Positions 8,260-18,822 of a stretch of 47,713 bases of DNA are shown here, piece after piece. The position numbers were made by a program, and so were the translations under genes. Position 1 is the first letter of the stretch, and each line of letters begins with the position of its first letter. Source of the DNA: Promethearchaeota archaeon. Lineage in GTDB: Archaea > Asgardarchaeota > Lokiarchaeia > Sigyniarchaeales > SOKP01. The stretch spans positions 1 to 47,713 of the forward strand of contig JBHLNZ010000020.1 in assembly GCA_048941015.1 (NCBI GenBank), given 5' to 3'. The notes beneath the pieces were generated by a model, which ran no database searches, was not told where the DNA came from, and was given only the letters and a program-made list of their open reading frames with translations.

Positions 8260-9471
8260 ATGTCAAAATACTATCGCATTATTACTCCAAATGAAGTTAA
8301 TATTTCACGAGATGATATCTTCTATAGGGATAAGTTTAATGATATCATTAATTATCTAAAGGTTATGTTAACCAACAATGAAGAATCAATTATACAGCAG
8401 TATATCGAACCTAAAGGAAAACTTCTTATCAATATCTCTCCTGGAACAGATATAATTGATTTTTTAAAGTTAATCTCGAAAAATTATTATCTAGATTTTT
8501 TGTTATTAGATTATGAGCAAGTTTTAAAGAATCAAGATAATTTCTATGATAATTTTAGTCATATCTTAAAACTTATTATTGAAGAGAAAAAAATTATAAA
8601 TGATAAGGACGAAGATATAGAAAGAAGTGGAAAATTAAAAAGAGAGAATAAGATATCACGGTTATTATTAATTAATCAACATGAATTGTCAACAAATTTA
8701 CTTGAAGAGAAGCAACTATTAAAAACTTATTTAATCTCTCAGAAAAATTCTGATAATAACATAAATTATATTGATCAAGGGATAATTTTAGTCTGGATTA
8801 ATAAAAATGTTCATGAAATTAAAGAAAATTCTAGAGATATCTTTCAAGTCTTTGATATGTATGTAAAAGTTCCAATCTTAAATAGAATTGAAAGAGAAAC
8901 AATACTCAGAAATTTTTCTGAAAAAAATCCTAAAATTGTATTTAATATTGATAAGATTGTAGAGTTTACTCATAATTGGGAGATAAAGGATATTACACAA
9001 TTATTAAAAGTCGCTATTTTTAAACATTTTCTAAATGCTGATCTTAATGATAAATCTAATGAAATAACTGATATTATCATAGATCTTATTGAATCTGATG
9101 AATTTATTCCCTCAATTCTTACTAAAGATAATGATAAAAAGAATAATTCCACGGAAATAAATAAAGATCGAGATGTAAATCGTAGCTTCAATTCTATTGA
9201 AAAAATTATTAATGAAATCCAGAATGAACCAATGTCAGAATTTATGTTAAATCAGTTATATGAAAATGCTGTTTCAAATAATTATACTGAATTATTAATA
9301 ATAATAGATAAACTTGAAAAAAACGCGATCCTCGAGGAAAATGATAAAAAGATAATAGCAAGATATCCATTTATTTTAAATGACAGCCCAACTAAAGCAC
9401 GGATTAATTTAGAGAAAGCAAAGAAAAGGATTGACAATATAATACGAGCATTTGAAAAAAAACATGCATGA
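8260..9471 (+). CDS. Degenerate (probably inactive) AAA+-fold protein
   Basis: PKGKLLINISPGTD in place of PKGILL.GPPG.GKT; FDMYVKVPILNRIERETIL and lid-like region resemble Cdc48/FtsH AAA modules. Start ATG 8260. Confidence 0.6.
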   Translation: MSKYYRIITPNEVNISRDDIFYRDKFNDIINYLKVMLTNNEESIIQQYIEPKGKLLINISPGTDIIDFLKLISKNYYLDFLLLDYEQVLKNQDNFYDNFSHILKLIIEEKKIINDKDEDIERSGKLKRENKISRLLLINQHELSTNLLEEKQLLKTYLISQKNSDNNINYIDQGIILVWINKNVHEIKENSRDIFQVFDMYVKVPILNRIERETILRNFSEKNPKIVFNIDKIVEFTHNWEIKDITQLLKVAIFKHFLNADLNDKSNEITDIIIDLIESDEFIPSILTKDNDKKNNSTEINKDRDVNRSFNSIEKIINEIQNEPMSEFMLNQLYENAVSNNYTELLIIIDKLEKNAILEENDKKIIARYPFILNDSPTKARINLEKAKKRIDNIIRAFEKKHA

Positions 9472-12400
9472 GGAGAAAAAAACGGCTTCTTCATTGAATA
9501 TCGAGGAAAAGAATCATAAGTACTTTGCAAAAAGAAATATTTTTATAAAAAAAGTTATCTTAGAAAACTTTTTATCATTCCAAAGGGATGAAGTCGATTT
9601 TTCAGGAGATTCAAAAGAGGAATATCCGAGGTTTATTTTAATTATTGGTCCTAATTGGTCAGGTAAAACTTCTATTTTTCAGGCAATTAAATTTGCTTTA
9701 GGAAGTAATGAAAGAGATGAACGATATAAGAAATGGTCTGATTTTATTAGGAATGGTCAAGATCATACGATGGTAGAGCTTCACATTAAATATGATAATA
9801 AATTAGTTAAAATAAGAAGGATAGTGATGAAAGGACAGTCTCCTTTCTATGAAATTGCGAGAGAAGCTAATGGATCTTTTAAAAAAATTCACGCATTTGA
9901 GGTACAAAAGCTTATTTCAGATTTCAATATTAACCCAGATAATCATTTTGCATTTGTAAGCCAAGGAAAAATCGATACAGTTAAAAATCTTAAGCCAATT
10001 GAACTATGTACATTTATAGAAGAAGGAATTGGTTTAAAGGGATTGAGAGACGAGATTTTACAACAAAAAAATAGTATAACAAATTTGAATAAAGAATTTC
10101 ACTCTATAGTGAGCAAAAAAAATTCGCTAAATATTAGTCTTGAACTTCTCCAACCCAAACTAGAACGTCTCACTCAAAAGAAAAAATTGTTAGAAATAAA
10201 AATAAGTTATCAAGATGAATTATTATGGGCAAATAAACATGTAATTGAAGAAGAAATCAAAATTTTGAAAAAAAAAGTTGAGAGTTTTCAAATTGAAATA
10301 AATAAGATGAAAATAGAAGCGAAAAAACTTGAGAACTCAATTAAAGAAAAATTATTGAAAATTAGGGAGCTAGATGAAGAAATTAATGAAATTTCTAAGA
10401 AATTAGGTGAATTGAGCTATAAAAAGCAAGGATTAATTGATCAAATCGAAACTTGGCAATTAAAAAAGAAAGAAGCAAAAAGGGAATTAGATAGTTTATC
10501 AGAAAGTATTTCTAAAATAAATAAAATATGTGAAAATTTTAAGTCCCAAAAGGACAGTATAGATAAAGAAATTGCAGCTATAAAAAAAGAAAAACATTCA
10601 ATAAAGTTTAAGATTGACAATTTAATAAAAGAACAAAATGAGTTAATAATAAAGATTGAACAGAATAAGGAATTTTTAGATAAGTACAATCGATTACTTT
10701 CAAAAAAGGAAAATTTGGAGAGAAAAATTGAGGAAAATACTTTAAAAATTAAAGATATAAATCACGATATAAATGAAATTTTTCAGAGCTTTAAGGATAT
10801 TGAATATAAATTAGATAAAAATAAGTGGTTTTTAGAAAATCCTTCAAGATCTTTATTAGATCAACTCGATAAAAATTTAGAAAAAATTAGCACAGAAATT
10901 TATGAGATTGATAACAAATTAAGGAGAATCGAATTTGAAAAGTCTAAAAAAGTGCAAGGATTAAAACTTTTAGAAGCGTCATTAAAAGAACGAAAAATAA
11001 TCCTTCCCTCTAATATTAATATCTTAAAAGAAGAAATTACGAGAAGAAATCTGGCAGTTAAGGGGCCCATAATAGAGTATCTCAAGTATGATGATGAGTT
11101 AAGTTATGCAATAGAATCTGTTCTTGGTGAAAAATTATTATATAGTTTTGTTGTTAAAGATTGGGACACTTTAAATTTACTAAATAAATTGAAAAAAAAA
11201 TACAATGCATATTGTAATATATATATTCCTAAAGAGGTGAGGATTGCTCCTCTCTCTGAATTTTCTGCTGATGGGGTCATTGGATACATAGCGGAATTGA
11301 TTAATGTTATTGATAATGACATAGATATTAAGAAAGTTATTTATTCCATAGTTAAAAATTGTTTAGTAGTAAAAGATTATTATTCGGGAAAAAATCTTTA
11401 TAAAAATCATGATTTTAAAGGAAAATCTGTAACTTTAAAAGGAGAACAAATAATTTCTTATAAATATGTTTATGAAACGCCTTATATAAAGAAATTAAAA
11501 GGTTTATTGAGTGCAGGAACTCAAAAAGAACAATCAATATTGTTAGAGCATCAAATAAAGACTTTAAATGAACAGATTATTCAACTTAAACTTGACCAAT
11601 CGAAGTTAGACATTAACCAAAAGGAGATTTTCCGTAAAAAGGAGGCATTTAACGATTTACTATATAATTTTAATCAAAAACAACGATTAACCAAAAGGAA
11701 AAATGAACTATATCAATTGATTTACGACTTTGAGCAAAATAATAAGGAGATCAATGAAAAAGTTAAATCACTAAAAATTCAAATAACTCGCTTAGAAGCT
11801 CAAAAAGATCCTGAATTTTTTAAATGGAATGACCGAATTAAAGAGATACCTAATGAATTGAATTCATACAACGAAAATTTGAAAAAATGGGATTTACAAT
11901 TAAATCAAAATTTAGATACATTAAAAGAGATTAAAGAAAAATTAAACGATTATAAAATGAAACTAAATAATATAAATTCCGAATATCAAACTAAAAAAGA
12001 AAATTTTCAAAAGGCAGATAATCAAGCATTTGAAACTTATAGAAACTTAGAAAATGTTGACCTTGAAATTGAAAATGCTGAGAAAAAAGTAGCGGAGTTT
12101 AAGGAATTAAAAACAATTTATCAAGAAGAAAAAGAAGTAATTAACAAAAATTATATTCAACTAAAATTGAATTTAGAGCAAGAAATTATCAAAATTAACT
12201 TATTAAAGCAAGAAATACTTAAGAATGAAAGAGATTTAGAAAGAGTTAAGCGTGAAATAGGCTCAAAAATCTTAGAAAAAACTGAGATCCGCTCAATTGA
12301 TGAAATAAAATTAGATCTCTCAAATATCGAAAAGGAACTATTAAAATATTATGATGTGGACGAATCATTAGTTGTAGAAAAAGAACAAATAATTGCAGGA

Positions 12401-12958
12401 TTGAAGCAAATTACGAAAAATCAGAAAGATTTAGAAAAAGATATAAAATCTGCAATAAAAACCGAAGGTAAAATGGAAGAAACCTATTATCAGAAATTTA
12501 AATTAGTCCTGAATGAATTAAATGAAAAAATTAATCAAAAGTTTGAAAGTACAAATATAAAAATATATAGTTTATTGGAATTAACTGGTGAATTTGAAGA
12601 ATTGGGAATAAATATTAAAGCAGCTACTTCAAAAGATCAATTGAAATCGTGCACTGCTTTAAGTGGTGGTCAGATATCTATGGTTTCGATTTGTTTAATA
12701 CTTTCATTACAAGAAATTAAACCATCATCGCTCTGTATGTTTGATGAAGCGGGTATGTTTTTAGATGATAAGAATTCAGAAGCCTCATATCAGATGATAA
12801 AGGCTACACTTGAATTAAATCCGATTCAATTGATAATTTTCTTGCCAAATTCTTCAAAGAGTTTATATCAATTAGCAGATAGGATAATTGGAGTAGCTCG
12901 AGTTGGTAAGAATGAGATATCAACAATATTTAAACCAAAAATAATTAAAAACCGATAA
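9464..12958 (+). CDS. smc: SMC ATPase, SMC5/6-like
   Basis: Walker A GPNWSGKT, Q-loop FVSQ, long coiled coils, hinge (GPI....YAIESVLG..L.SFVV), signature LSGGQ, Walker B MFDEA, QLIIFLP. Start overlaps the upstream stop. Confidence 0.9.
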   Translation: MHEEKKTASSLNIEEKNHKYFAKRNIFIKKVILENFLSFQRDEVDFSGDSKEEYPRFILIIGPNWSGKTSIFQAIKFALGSNERDERYKKWSDFIRNGQDHTMVELHIKYDNKLVKIRRIVMKGQSPFYEIAREANGSFKKIHAFEVQKLISDFNINPDNHFAFVSQGKIDTVKNLKPIELCTFIEEGIGLKGLRDEILQQKNSITNLNKEFHSIVSKKNSLNISLELLQPKLERLTQKKKLLEIKISYQDELLWANKHVIEEEIKILKKKVESFQIEINKMKIEAKKLENSIKEKLLKIRELDEEINEISKKLGELSYKKQGLIDQIETWQLKKKEAKRELDSLSESISKINKICENFKSQKDSIDKEIAAIKKEKHSIKFKIDNLIKEQNELIIKIEQNKEFLDKYNRLLSKKENLERKIEENTLKIKDINHDINEIFQSFKDIEYKLDKNKWFLENPSRSLLDQLDKNLEKISTEIYEIDNKLRRIEFEKSKKVQGLKLLEASLKERKIILPSNINILKEEITRRNLAVKGPIIEYLKYDDELSYAIESVLGEKLLYSFVVKDWDTLNLLNKLKKKYNAYCNIYIPKEVRIAPLSEFSADGVIGYIAELINVIDNDIDIKKVIYSIVKNCLVVKDYYSGKNLYKNHDFKGKSVTLKGEQIISYKYVYETPYIKKLKGLLSAGTQKEQSILLEHQIKTLNEQIIQLKLDQSKLDINQKEIFRKKEAFNDLLYNFNQKQRLTKRKNELYQLIYDFEQNNKEINEKVKSLKIQITRLEAQKDPEFFKWNDRIKEIPNELNSYNENLKKWDLQLNQNLDTLKEIKEKLNDYKMKLNNINSEYQTKKENFQKADNQAFETYRNLENVDLEIENAEKKVAEFKELKTIYQEEKEVINKNYIQLKLNLEQEIIKINLLKQEILKNERDLERVKREIGSKILEKTEIRSIDEIKLDLSNIEKELLKYYDVDESLVVEKEQIIAGLKQITKNQKDLEKDIKSAIKTEGKMEETYYQKFKLVLNELNEKINQKFESTNIKIYSLLELTGEFEELGINIKAATSKDQLKSCTALSGGQISMVSICLILSLQEIKPSSLCMFDEAGMFLDDKNSEASYQMIKATLELNPIQLIIFLPNSSKSLYQLADRIIGVARVGKNEISTIFKPKIIKNR

Positions 12959-13609
12959 ATGATTGAATTTCAAGATTTAACGGAAGAAATAAACAAATTG
13001 GTTGATGGAATAAAGAAAGAAATTTATTCAAGTAATGTTTCTTTATTAGATTTAGAATTAAGGCCAATTTTTCAAAAATTAGAAGAGACTCTTTCTATTT
13101 ATAATATTGAAAATTATGCTGAAACCTATAGAGATGCATGTAAGCTTTTAAATCAAAAATTTGAAGAATTAAAGATTTTATTAAGTTCCATTGACAATAA
13201 GAAAAAATTTTATGAATATATCAAAAGTGAACCAGATGACGAAGAGATCTCTCAATTAATGAAAGATTGTTGGCGTGAAACATTTATTATCGATTCAATT
13301 TCATTAAACTTTTTAGATTATATTAAAGAACGATTTTTAAAACTTAAAAAAACACCTATAAAGATAGAACATTTAAACAAAGCAAGTAAACAGGGAGACT
13401 TTTTATTAGAAATTCCCAAACAAAGTTTTACTGAAAGGATGATAAATTATTTTGTAATTATTAAGGAAAAATTACCATGCAAATTTCATGAAGTTTTTGA
13501 AGAAGAGAGCGATCAGATTAAAGTCTTTGAAAATTTTGTTTTTATATTACATCTTCTTCAATTAGGTAAAATTAAATATCAAAAAGAAACAGAAACATTG
13601 TATATATGA
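12959..13609 (+). CDS. Kleisin-like (ScpA/Nse4-type) subunit
   Basis: Abuts the SMC stop; C-terminal winged helix FVFILHLLQLGKIKYQ matches the kleisin F..LL.L...G.I...Q motif. Confidence 0.7.
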   Translation: MIEFQDLTEEINKLVDGIKKEIYSSNVSLLDLELRPIFQKLEETLSIYNIENYAETYRDACKLLNQKFEELKILLSSIDNKKKFYEYIKSEPDDEEISQLMKDCWRETFIIDSISLNFLDYIKERFLKLKKTPIKIEHLNKASKQGDFLLEIPKQSFTERMINYFVIIKEKLPCKFHEVFEEESDQIKVFENFVFILHLLQLGKIKYQKETETLYI

Positions 13610-13621
13610 GGATGATAAGGT

Positions 13622-14131
13622 ATGAATGAAATATCAATTTTAATGCATTTATTAAGTAGAAAAAAAAGTCAATATCAAATAGGAGCAACGAGAGAAGAGA
13701 TAATAAGTTATTTAAATCTCAAGGGTAAAAATAAAAATATTCTCTTTCTAGATTTGATAACAAATTTATCTAAATATGTTGAACCTTTAGGCATTCAAGT
13801 AAAATATAATTCCTTAAATTCTCATTGGTTTATATCATTTGATTCCGGAATAAGTGAACTCACATTTACCAGTCCCTTTGAAGGGGCACCTAGATTAGCA
13901 GGAACATTATTATGTATATTAATTTGTTGCTTACAACATTCAGGAAATACGACTGTTCAGGAAGTTAAAAAATTAAGAAAAAAAAAAGGAATCTTAGAAG
14001 ATTTAAAAGAATTAAGTAAAAGAGGGTATATTTTATTAGAAAATGATAAAATAGTGCTCACACCATTGATAGCATACCAATTAGATATGCATAAGCTCTT
14101 CATAAAATTAGCATTAAAACTAAAAGAATGA
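13622..14131 (+). CDS. Kite-like tandem winged-helix protein (ScpB/Nse1-Nse3 type)
   Basis: 169 aa, two WH-like halves (L..YVEPLGIQV; LKELSKRGYI...IVLTP); follows the kleisin. Confidence 0.65.
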   Translation: MNEISILMHLLSRKKSQYQIGATREEIISYLNLKGKNKNILFLDLITNLSKYVEPLGIQVKYNSLNSHWFISFDSGISELTFTSPFEGAPRLAGTLLCILICCLQHSGNTTVQEVKKLRKKKGILEDLKELSKRGYILLENDKIVLTPLIAYQLDMHKLFIKLALKLKE

Positions 14132-14133
14132 AT

Positions 14134-14769
14134 TTAATGAGATGTTGTTATCTTTAATATCATCTCAGCAACATTATTATTATAGGTTTCAATATCTTCA
14201 AAATCTTCAACTGTTTCACCGCATGTGATAAAGATATCAGTCACATTAATTTTTCTCTTATTGAAGAAATCTTTAATTTTTTTAGTAATTTTCTCAATTT
14301 CTTTTTCTTTATCTCCTTCTAATAAATCAAGTTTATTTATACATACATATATTTTATCTGGGAAAAATCGGACATCGTTAAAGAACTCAAACTGTCGATC
14401 TAAATCACGATCAAGTGAAAAAACTGCGATTATTTGAGTCGCGATTCTGGAGATCGTAATGATACCCATTTTTACTACCGCACGGGCTCGATCTCCACCA
14501 GGAGCAAAAATAGTATGAGCTTTGCCAGATGAGTCTTCTCTAAACACTACACGGTTAGGATGTATAGTCTTTGTCTCTTTCTCATCTAAAGTATCTTGCT
14601 TATTACCTCTTGGAACGGTTGCTTCACCAGAGAAATCAGTTTTTACAACAGTGCACTTCATTCCGCCTTTAACATTTTCAATTTCTCCCCTGTTTAAGTA
14701 TCTGACAAACAATCGTAAAATAGATGTCTTACCTACTGATATATCTCCCAGTAATCCAATATTGACCAT
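14134..14769 (-). CDS. Small P-loop GTPase with atypical G3 (MglA/Arf-like)
   Basis: G1 GDISVGKT, G4 NKLD, G3 position FAPGG (no Asp). Confidence 0.8.
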   Translation of the reverse strand: MVNIGLLGDISVGKTSILRLFVRYLNRGEIENVKGGMKCTVVKTDFSGEATVPRGNKQDTLDEKETKTIHPNRVVFREDSSGKAHTIFAPGGDRARAVVKMGIITISRIATQIIAVFSLDRDLDRQFEFFNDVRFFPDKIYVCINKLDLLEGDKEKEIEKITKKIKDFFNKRKINVTDIFITCGETVEDFEDIETYNNNVAEMILKITTSH

Positions 14770-15582
14770 TTATGCCTCACCCTCTAATAATTTGTTTAAA
14801 AGTAATTCATAATCGGGAATTAGAAATTGCTCTAAAAACGCGTTATTATGCGCTTCAATGAGAGAAATCAGAACTTCTTTTAAATTTTTTGCATTATTTG
14901 CATATTCTATTAAGCTTTCAGGAGATGGATCAGAATTGAAATCCCTTGCTTTTTCTTCAAATCCAAAATTAGAACGATCGGGAAGAGAATCGAAAAATCC
15001 AAATGCAGAATATCCTTGATATTGGAAAAAAACAAAAAACCTTGTTTTAATTGAAGAGATTACTTTTGTGAGATACGCTGAAGGATAAATCTCTCCTAAA
15101 ATGAGATCTTCATCTTGTTCGATTACAAAGTAAGGAGAAATGGGAGAAACTTGATTACCATACATTTCTCTTGGAGGTAAGGAAATAAAGGGTAATTTTT
15201 CAGAAACAATTGTCCAAAGGTCTTCTCTGTTTTTTTCGGAGAGGATTTCTTTAATTTCATCATAAGCAAAGTAAAAATCGGATTGAAGGGCTAATAATGA
15301 GCTCAAATAGACTGATAATGAAGCAAAAGTTGCTTCTAACAATGGTCTCCTGCTTTCGTCTGATGCAGAAGGTTTAACAGCACCTTTCCAAGCGCGGAGT
15401 CCTGTATAAACAAATCCTTTTATATCAAAAAAGCTCCCCGAGAGGAAAATAAATGATGGGACATAACCTTCTTCTCTGGTCAATAAATCTCTTGATTTAT
15501 TAATCAATGTATCTTCTAGGACTTTATCATTAAATTTTGAGTGAACAACTGGCATAATTAGCCATTTCTTTTTCTTAGGCAA
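14770..15582 (-). CDS. Hypothetical protein coupled to the GTPase gene
   Basis: 270-aa ORF whose stop abuts the GTPase ATG; no recognisable motif. Confidence 0.6.
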   Translation of the reverse strand: MPKKKKWLIMPVVHSKFNDKVLEDTLINKSRDLLTREEGYVPSFIFLSGSFFDIKGFVYTGLRAWKGAVKPSASDESRRPLLEATFASLSVYLSSLLALQSDFYFAYDEIKEILSEKNREDLWTIVSEKLPFISLPPREMYGNQVSPISPYFVIEQDEDLILGEIYPSAYLTKVISSIKTRFFVFFQYQGYSAFGFFDSLPDRSNFGFEEKARDFNSDPSPESLIEYANNAKNLKEVLISLIEAHNNAFLEQFLIPDYELLLNKLLEGEA

Positions 15583-15729
15583 ATTTAATGCACATCTCTA
15601 ACAGTTTTTAAAAATAATATAAATTCTGAATAATTAATTTTTTGTATTTTTATTAAACAATATGTTATTTGTATATAATATTTTACGGTTAAATATCGTA
15701 GATTATTATATCGTTATTTTAATTATATT

Positions 15730-16332
15730 TCAAGCAGAACCTTGTTCGCATGATAATAATTCTCGAACTTTTGAAGTAATTAAATCGTAATCACTCATCG
15801 AATTTAAGTTTGAAATATGAATATATTCAATCTTATCTGTATTTTTAAAAAAGTTATAGGATACCTGCAAATTTGGATTTTTTTCTTTAATTTTAATTAG
15901 TGCTCCTTTTAAAAAAATTCTAATAAAATCTTCGGAGGTTTCTTTTATTGCTCTATTTTCAGGATCAAAAAATTTTACTTCTAAACGTTTAAAATCATAA
16001 AAATTAAGTATACATAACAAATCCTTTTCTTGTTTATTTTCACTGGAAAAGATTTTTCTTTTTATATTAGTACCCTTAAAATCATCTTCAGCAATTTCCG
16101 TATTAAAATAATCTTTTTTTAATGATTCTGAAAAAATCTCATCAGCACTTGAAAATGATTTGCTTGAAATGATTGAATTTAAATATTTTAATATAGATTG
16201 TAATTCAGACAATTCAGTTTTTAACTCTTCTAATTGATCTTTCTTCCTGTAGTAAAGGTTTTGAATTATTGAAAGAATTTCAGATAACTTTTCTGTCTCA
16301 GTTTCTTTGTCTTTAGAATCCATTGACTTCAT
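15730..16332 (-). CDS. Hypothetical protein with N-terminal coiled coil
   Basis: Heptad-like LEELKTELSELQSILKYL; 200-aa ORF. Confidence 0.6.
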   Translation of the reverse strand: MKSMDSKDKETETEKLSEILSIIQNLYYRKKDQLEELKTELSELQSILKYLNSIISSKSFSSADEIFSESLKKDYFNTEIAEDDFKGTNIKRKIFSSENKQEKDLLCILNFYDFKRLEVKFFDPENRAIKETSEDFIRIFLKGALIKIKEKNPNLQVSYNFFKNTDKIEYIHISNLNSMSDYDLITSKVRELLSCEQGSA

Positions 16333-16410
16333 ATATATTTTTAAAGAACTTAAATTTATTTATTTATTTAGTGCTAGATGAATTAAGTAATTTTTTAAAG
16401 TGAAAATAAA

Positions 16411-17274
16411 TTGAATTCAATGATAATTACTCCTAAACCAGATGATCCTGAAGTTAAAATTCTTTCCAAGGAATTTGAAAAAATAGGATATAAAGTTCAA
16501 TATTTTATTCCTTCAAGGATAAAGGTTAAGATAAATATTAGTAATTTCTCTGATAATTTTAGGGGACTAGATCCTTATGCAGCTCTTGTGAGAGGTTTTG
16601 GTGCAGCACCAACTCAAAGGATATTTTTTAGACTGGATTTATTAAGTGCAATTGAGGAGTATGGAATAAAGTTAATCAATTCAAGAGAATCCTTAGAAAT
16701 TGCCAGTGACAAATTCCTAACATCACTATATTTAGAGAAACATAAAATTCCAACTCCTAAAACAGTAGTTTGTGAAAATCCAGATGATGCTTTAGAATCC
16801 TTTGACGAACTTGGAGGTGATATGGTAATTAAACCTTTATATGGATCTAGAGGAGTTGGAATAACCAGAGTAAATGATAGAGGTTTTGCAGAAAATGTTA
16901 TTTATGCACTGGGACAACTCAACGAAATTTTTTATCTTCAGGAATTTATTGAACATTATAACAGAGACATAAGGATTCTAGTGATTGGGGATAAGGCTAT
17001 AGCTGGAATGTATAGAGTAAGTGATAATTGGAAAACAAATATTCATGCAGGAGCACGTTCAGAACCATTAGAAATAACAAGTGAATTAGAGTCTTTAGCC
17101 ATCAAAGCAGCAAAAGTCACTAAAACTGATATTGCTGGTGTAGATATTATCGAGAGTGAGAGCGGTTATTTAGTTTTAGAAGTTAATTCTATTCCCGGTT
17201 TTACAGCGTTACAGAAAGTAACAGATATCAATTTAGCTGCTGAAATCGTATCTTACTTTTTAAAAAATACTTGA
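16411..17274 (+). CDS. RimK-family ATP-grasp alpha-L-glutamate ligase (MptN/CofF-like)
   Basis: DKF, IPTPKT, VIKPLYGSRGVG, QEFI, DIR, WKTN, GVDI, LEVNSIPG. Confidence 0.88.
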   Translation: MNSMIITPKPDDPEVKILSKEFEKIGYKVQYFIPSRIKVKINISNFSDNFRGLDPYAALVRGFGAAPTQRIFFRLDLLSAIEEYGIKLINSRESLEIASDKFLTSLYLEKHKIPTPKTVVCENPDDALESFDELGGDMVIKPLYGSRGVGITRVNDRGFAENVIYALGQLNEIFYLQEFIEHYNRDIRILVIGDKAIAGMYRVSDNWKTNIHAGARSEPLEITSELESLAIKAAKVTKTDIAGVDIIESESGYLVLEVNSIPGFTALQKVTDINLAAEIVSYFLKNT

Positions 17275-17341
17275 AATTATGTAAAATCTATAGAAGTAAA
17301 ATAAAAATTAGATATTAATAAAAAAAATCATAAGTACAATT

Positions 17342-17677
17342 CTATAAATCTTCGATCAATCCAATTAAAGCAGCGATTATCACTAATACGCAAGCCCAAA
17401 TTCCAGCACCAAAGAGTACTAATAAAATACCGAGTATGAATAAAACTAGCCAATGAAATGGAAGTGGTCTATCAGGTTTCAATGCTACTAAAAATGTTAG
17501 AACTACAATAACTAAACCAATAATGAAATTTAAAACAGCATTTAATGCAAATACAGGATCAATAAATCCATAATTTTCTAAACCGGCTAATCCTAATATT
17601 AAAGTAATTAATCCCACTAATGCTCCAAGTATTGTTAAAAATTTCATTAATTGTTGATTTTTATAGTGTTTTTTCAT
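17342..17677 (-). CDS. Small membrane protein (about 4 TM)
   Basis: Hydrophobic 111-aa ORF. Confidence 0.65.
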   Translation of the reverse strand: MKKHYKNQQLMKFLTILGALVGLITLILGLAGLENYGFIDPVFALNAVLNFIIGLVIVVLTFLVALKPDRPLPFHWLVLFILGILLVLFGAGIWACVLVIIAALIGLIEDL

Positions 17678-17808
17678 TAAATGTCAACTCTTTTAAAATT
17701 GATATTGTTATTAAGTGTTTAAATTATAAAAGAATTTATTGTTTTTTATATTGAAATTTTTAAAATCAAATAAGAAGCTTTTATTTAATTTTTAATCTGA
17801 ATATAAAT

Positions 17809-18753
17809 ATGATTCCAAAATGTAATAATACTATGCAGAATATATTAGCGCATACTTATTCTATTGTTGCAAGAGATCCTAAAACGGGATTAATGGGTGT
17901 AGGAGTGCAAAGTCATTGGTTTTCAGTTGGGAGCGTTGTATCATGGGGGGAAGCAGGAGTTGGGGTTGTTGCTACACAATCTTTAGTCAATAAATCTTTT
18001 GGATTACGCGGTTTAGATTTATTAAGAGAGGGTAAAAAACCTCAAAAAGCTATTGAGATTCTTCTTTCAGATGATGAGGGGAGGAATGTAAGGCAATTGT
18101 CTATATTGAATGCTCAAGGAGATGTGGCTACTCATACGGGATTACAATGTATAAAACATGCAGGTCATATTGTAGATAATAATTTCTCTGTGCAAGCAAA
18201 TATGATGCTCTCAGATAAAGTATGGTCAGTAATGGCTGAATCATTTAAAACAAATAATAATTTACCTCTACCAGAACGAATAGTAAAAACTTTAGAAGCT
18301 GCAGAATCAGTCGGAGGTGATATAAGAGGTAAACAATCTGCGGCATTATTAATTGTTGAAGGTAAAGCACCAGAAAATAAATGGGACGATCCTTTAATCG
18401 ATCTCAGAGTAGAAGATCATTTAGAACCATTAAAAGAATTAAGTAGATTATTGAAAATATGGAGGGCGTATGAACATATGAATAATGGTGATTTAGCAAT
18501 TGAACAGAAAGATATGAAAAAAGCACTCAAAGAATATAATGCCGCAATGGAAAAATTCCCGGAAAATCTTGAAATGAAATATTGGACAGCTGTATCTTTA
18601 GCAAATAATAGTAAAATAGATGATGCCTTGGTGTTATTTAAAGAAATTTTTGAGAGAGATAATAACTGGCGTTTACTGACTGAACGGCTACCGGAAGCAG
18701 AATTATTAAATGTAGAAAAAGAAGAATTAAAAAGAATTTTATCTATAAAATAA
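17809..18753 (+). CDS. DUF1028 Ntn-hydrolase-like protein with C-terminal TPR
   Basis: HTYSIVARD, GVVATQ, GGDIRGKQSAA, DLRVEDH..PL.EL.RL; TPR-like tail. Confidence 0.85.
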   Translation: MIPKCNNTMQNILAHTYSIVARDPKTGLMGVGVQSHWFSVGSVVSWGEAGVGVVATQSLVNKSFGLRGLDLLREGKKPQKAIEILLSDDEGRNVRQLSILNAQGDVATHTGLQCIKHAGHIVDNNFSVQANMMLSDKVWSVMAESFKTNNNLPLPERIVKTLEAAESVGGDIRGKQSAALLIVEGKAPENKWDDPLIDLRVEDHLEPLKELSRLLKIWRAYEHMNNGDLAIEQKDMKKALKEYNAAMEKFPENLEMKYWTAVSLANNSKIDDALVLFKEIFERDNNWRLLTERLPEAELLNVEKEELKRILSIK

Positions 18754-18822
18754 GAATATTATCCTTTTCATATTATCCAGATATTCTCGCATTATAAATA
18801 AGAGCTTTATGGAAAAAAAAAT

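Noticed and set aside
8260-14131. Wadjet (JetABCD) defence system
   Set aside because: No Toprim/JetD nuclease; gene order and head motifs fit SMC5/6-like better.
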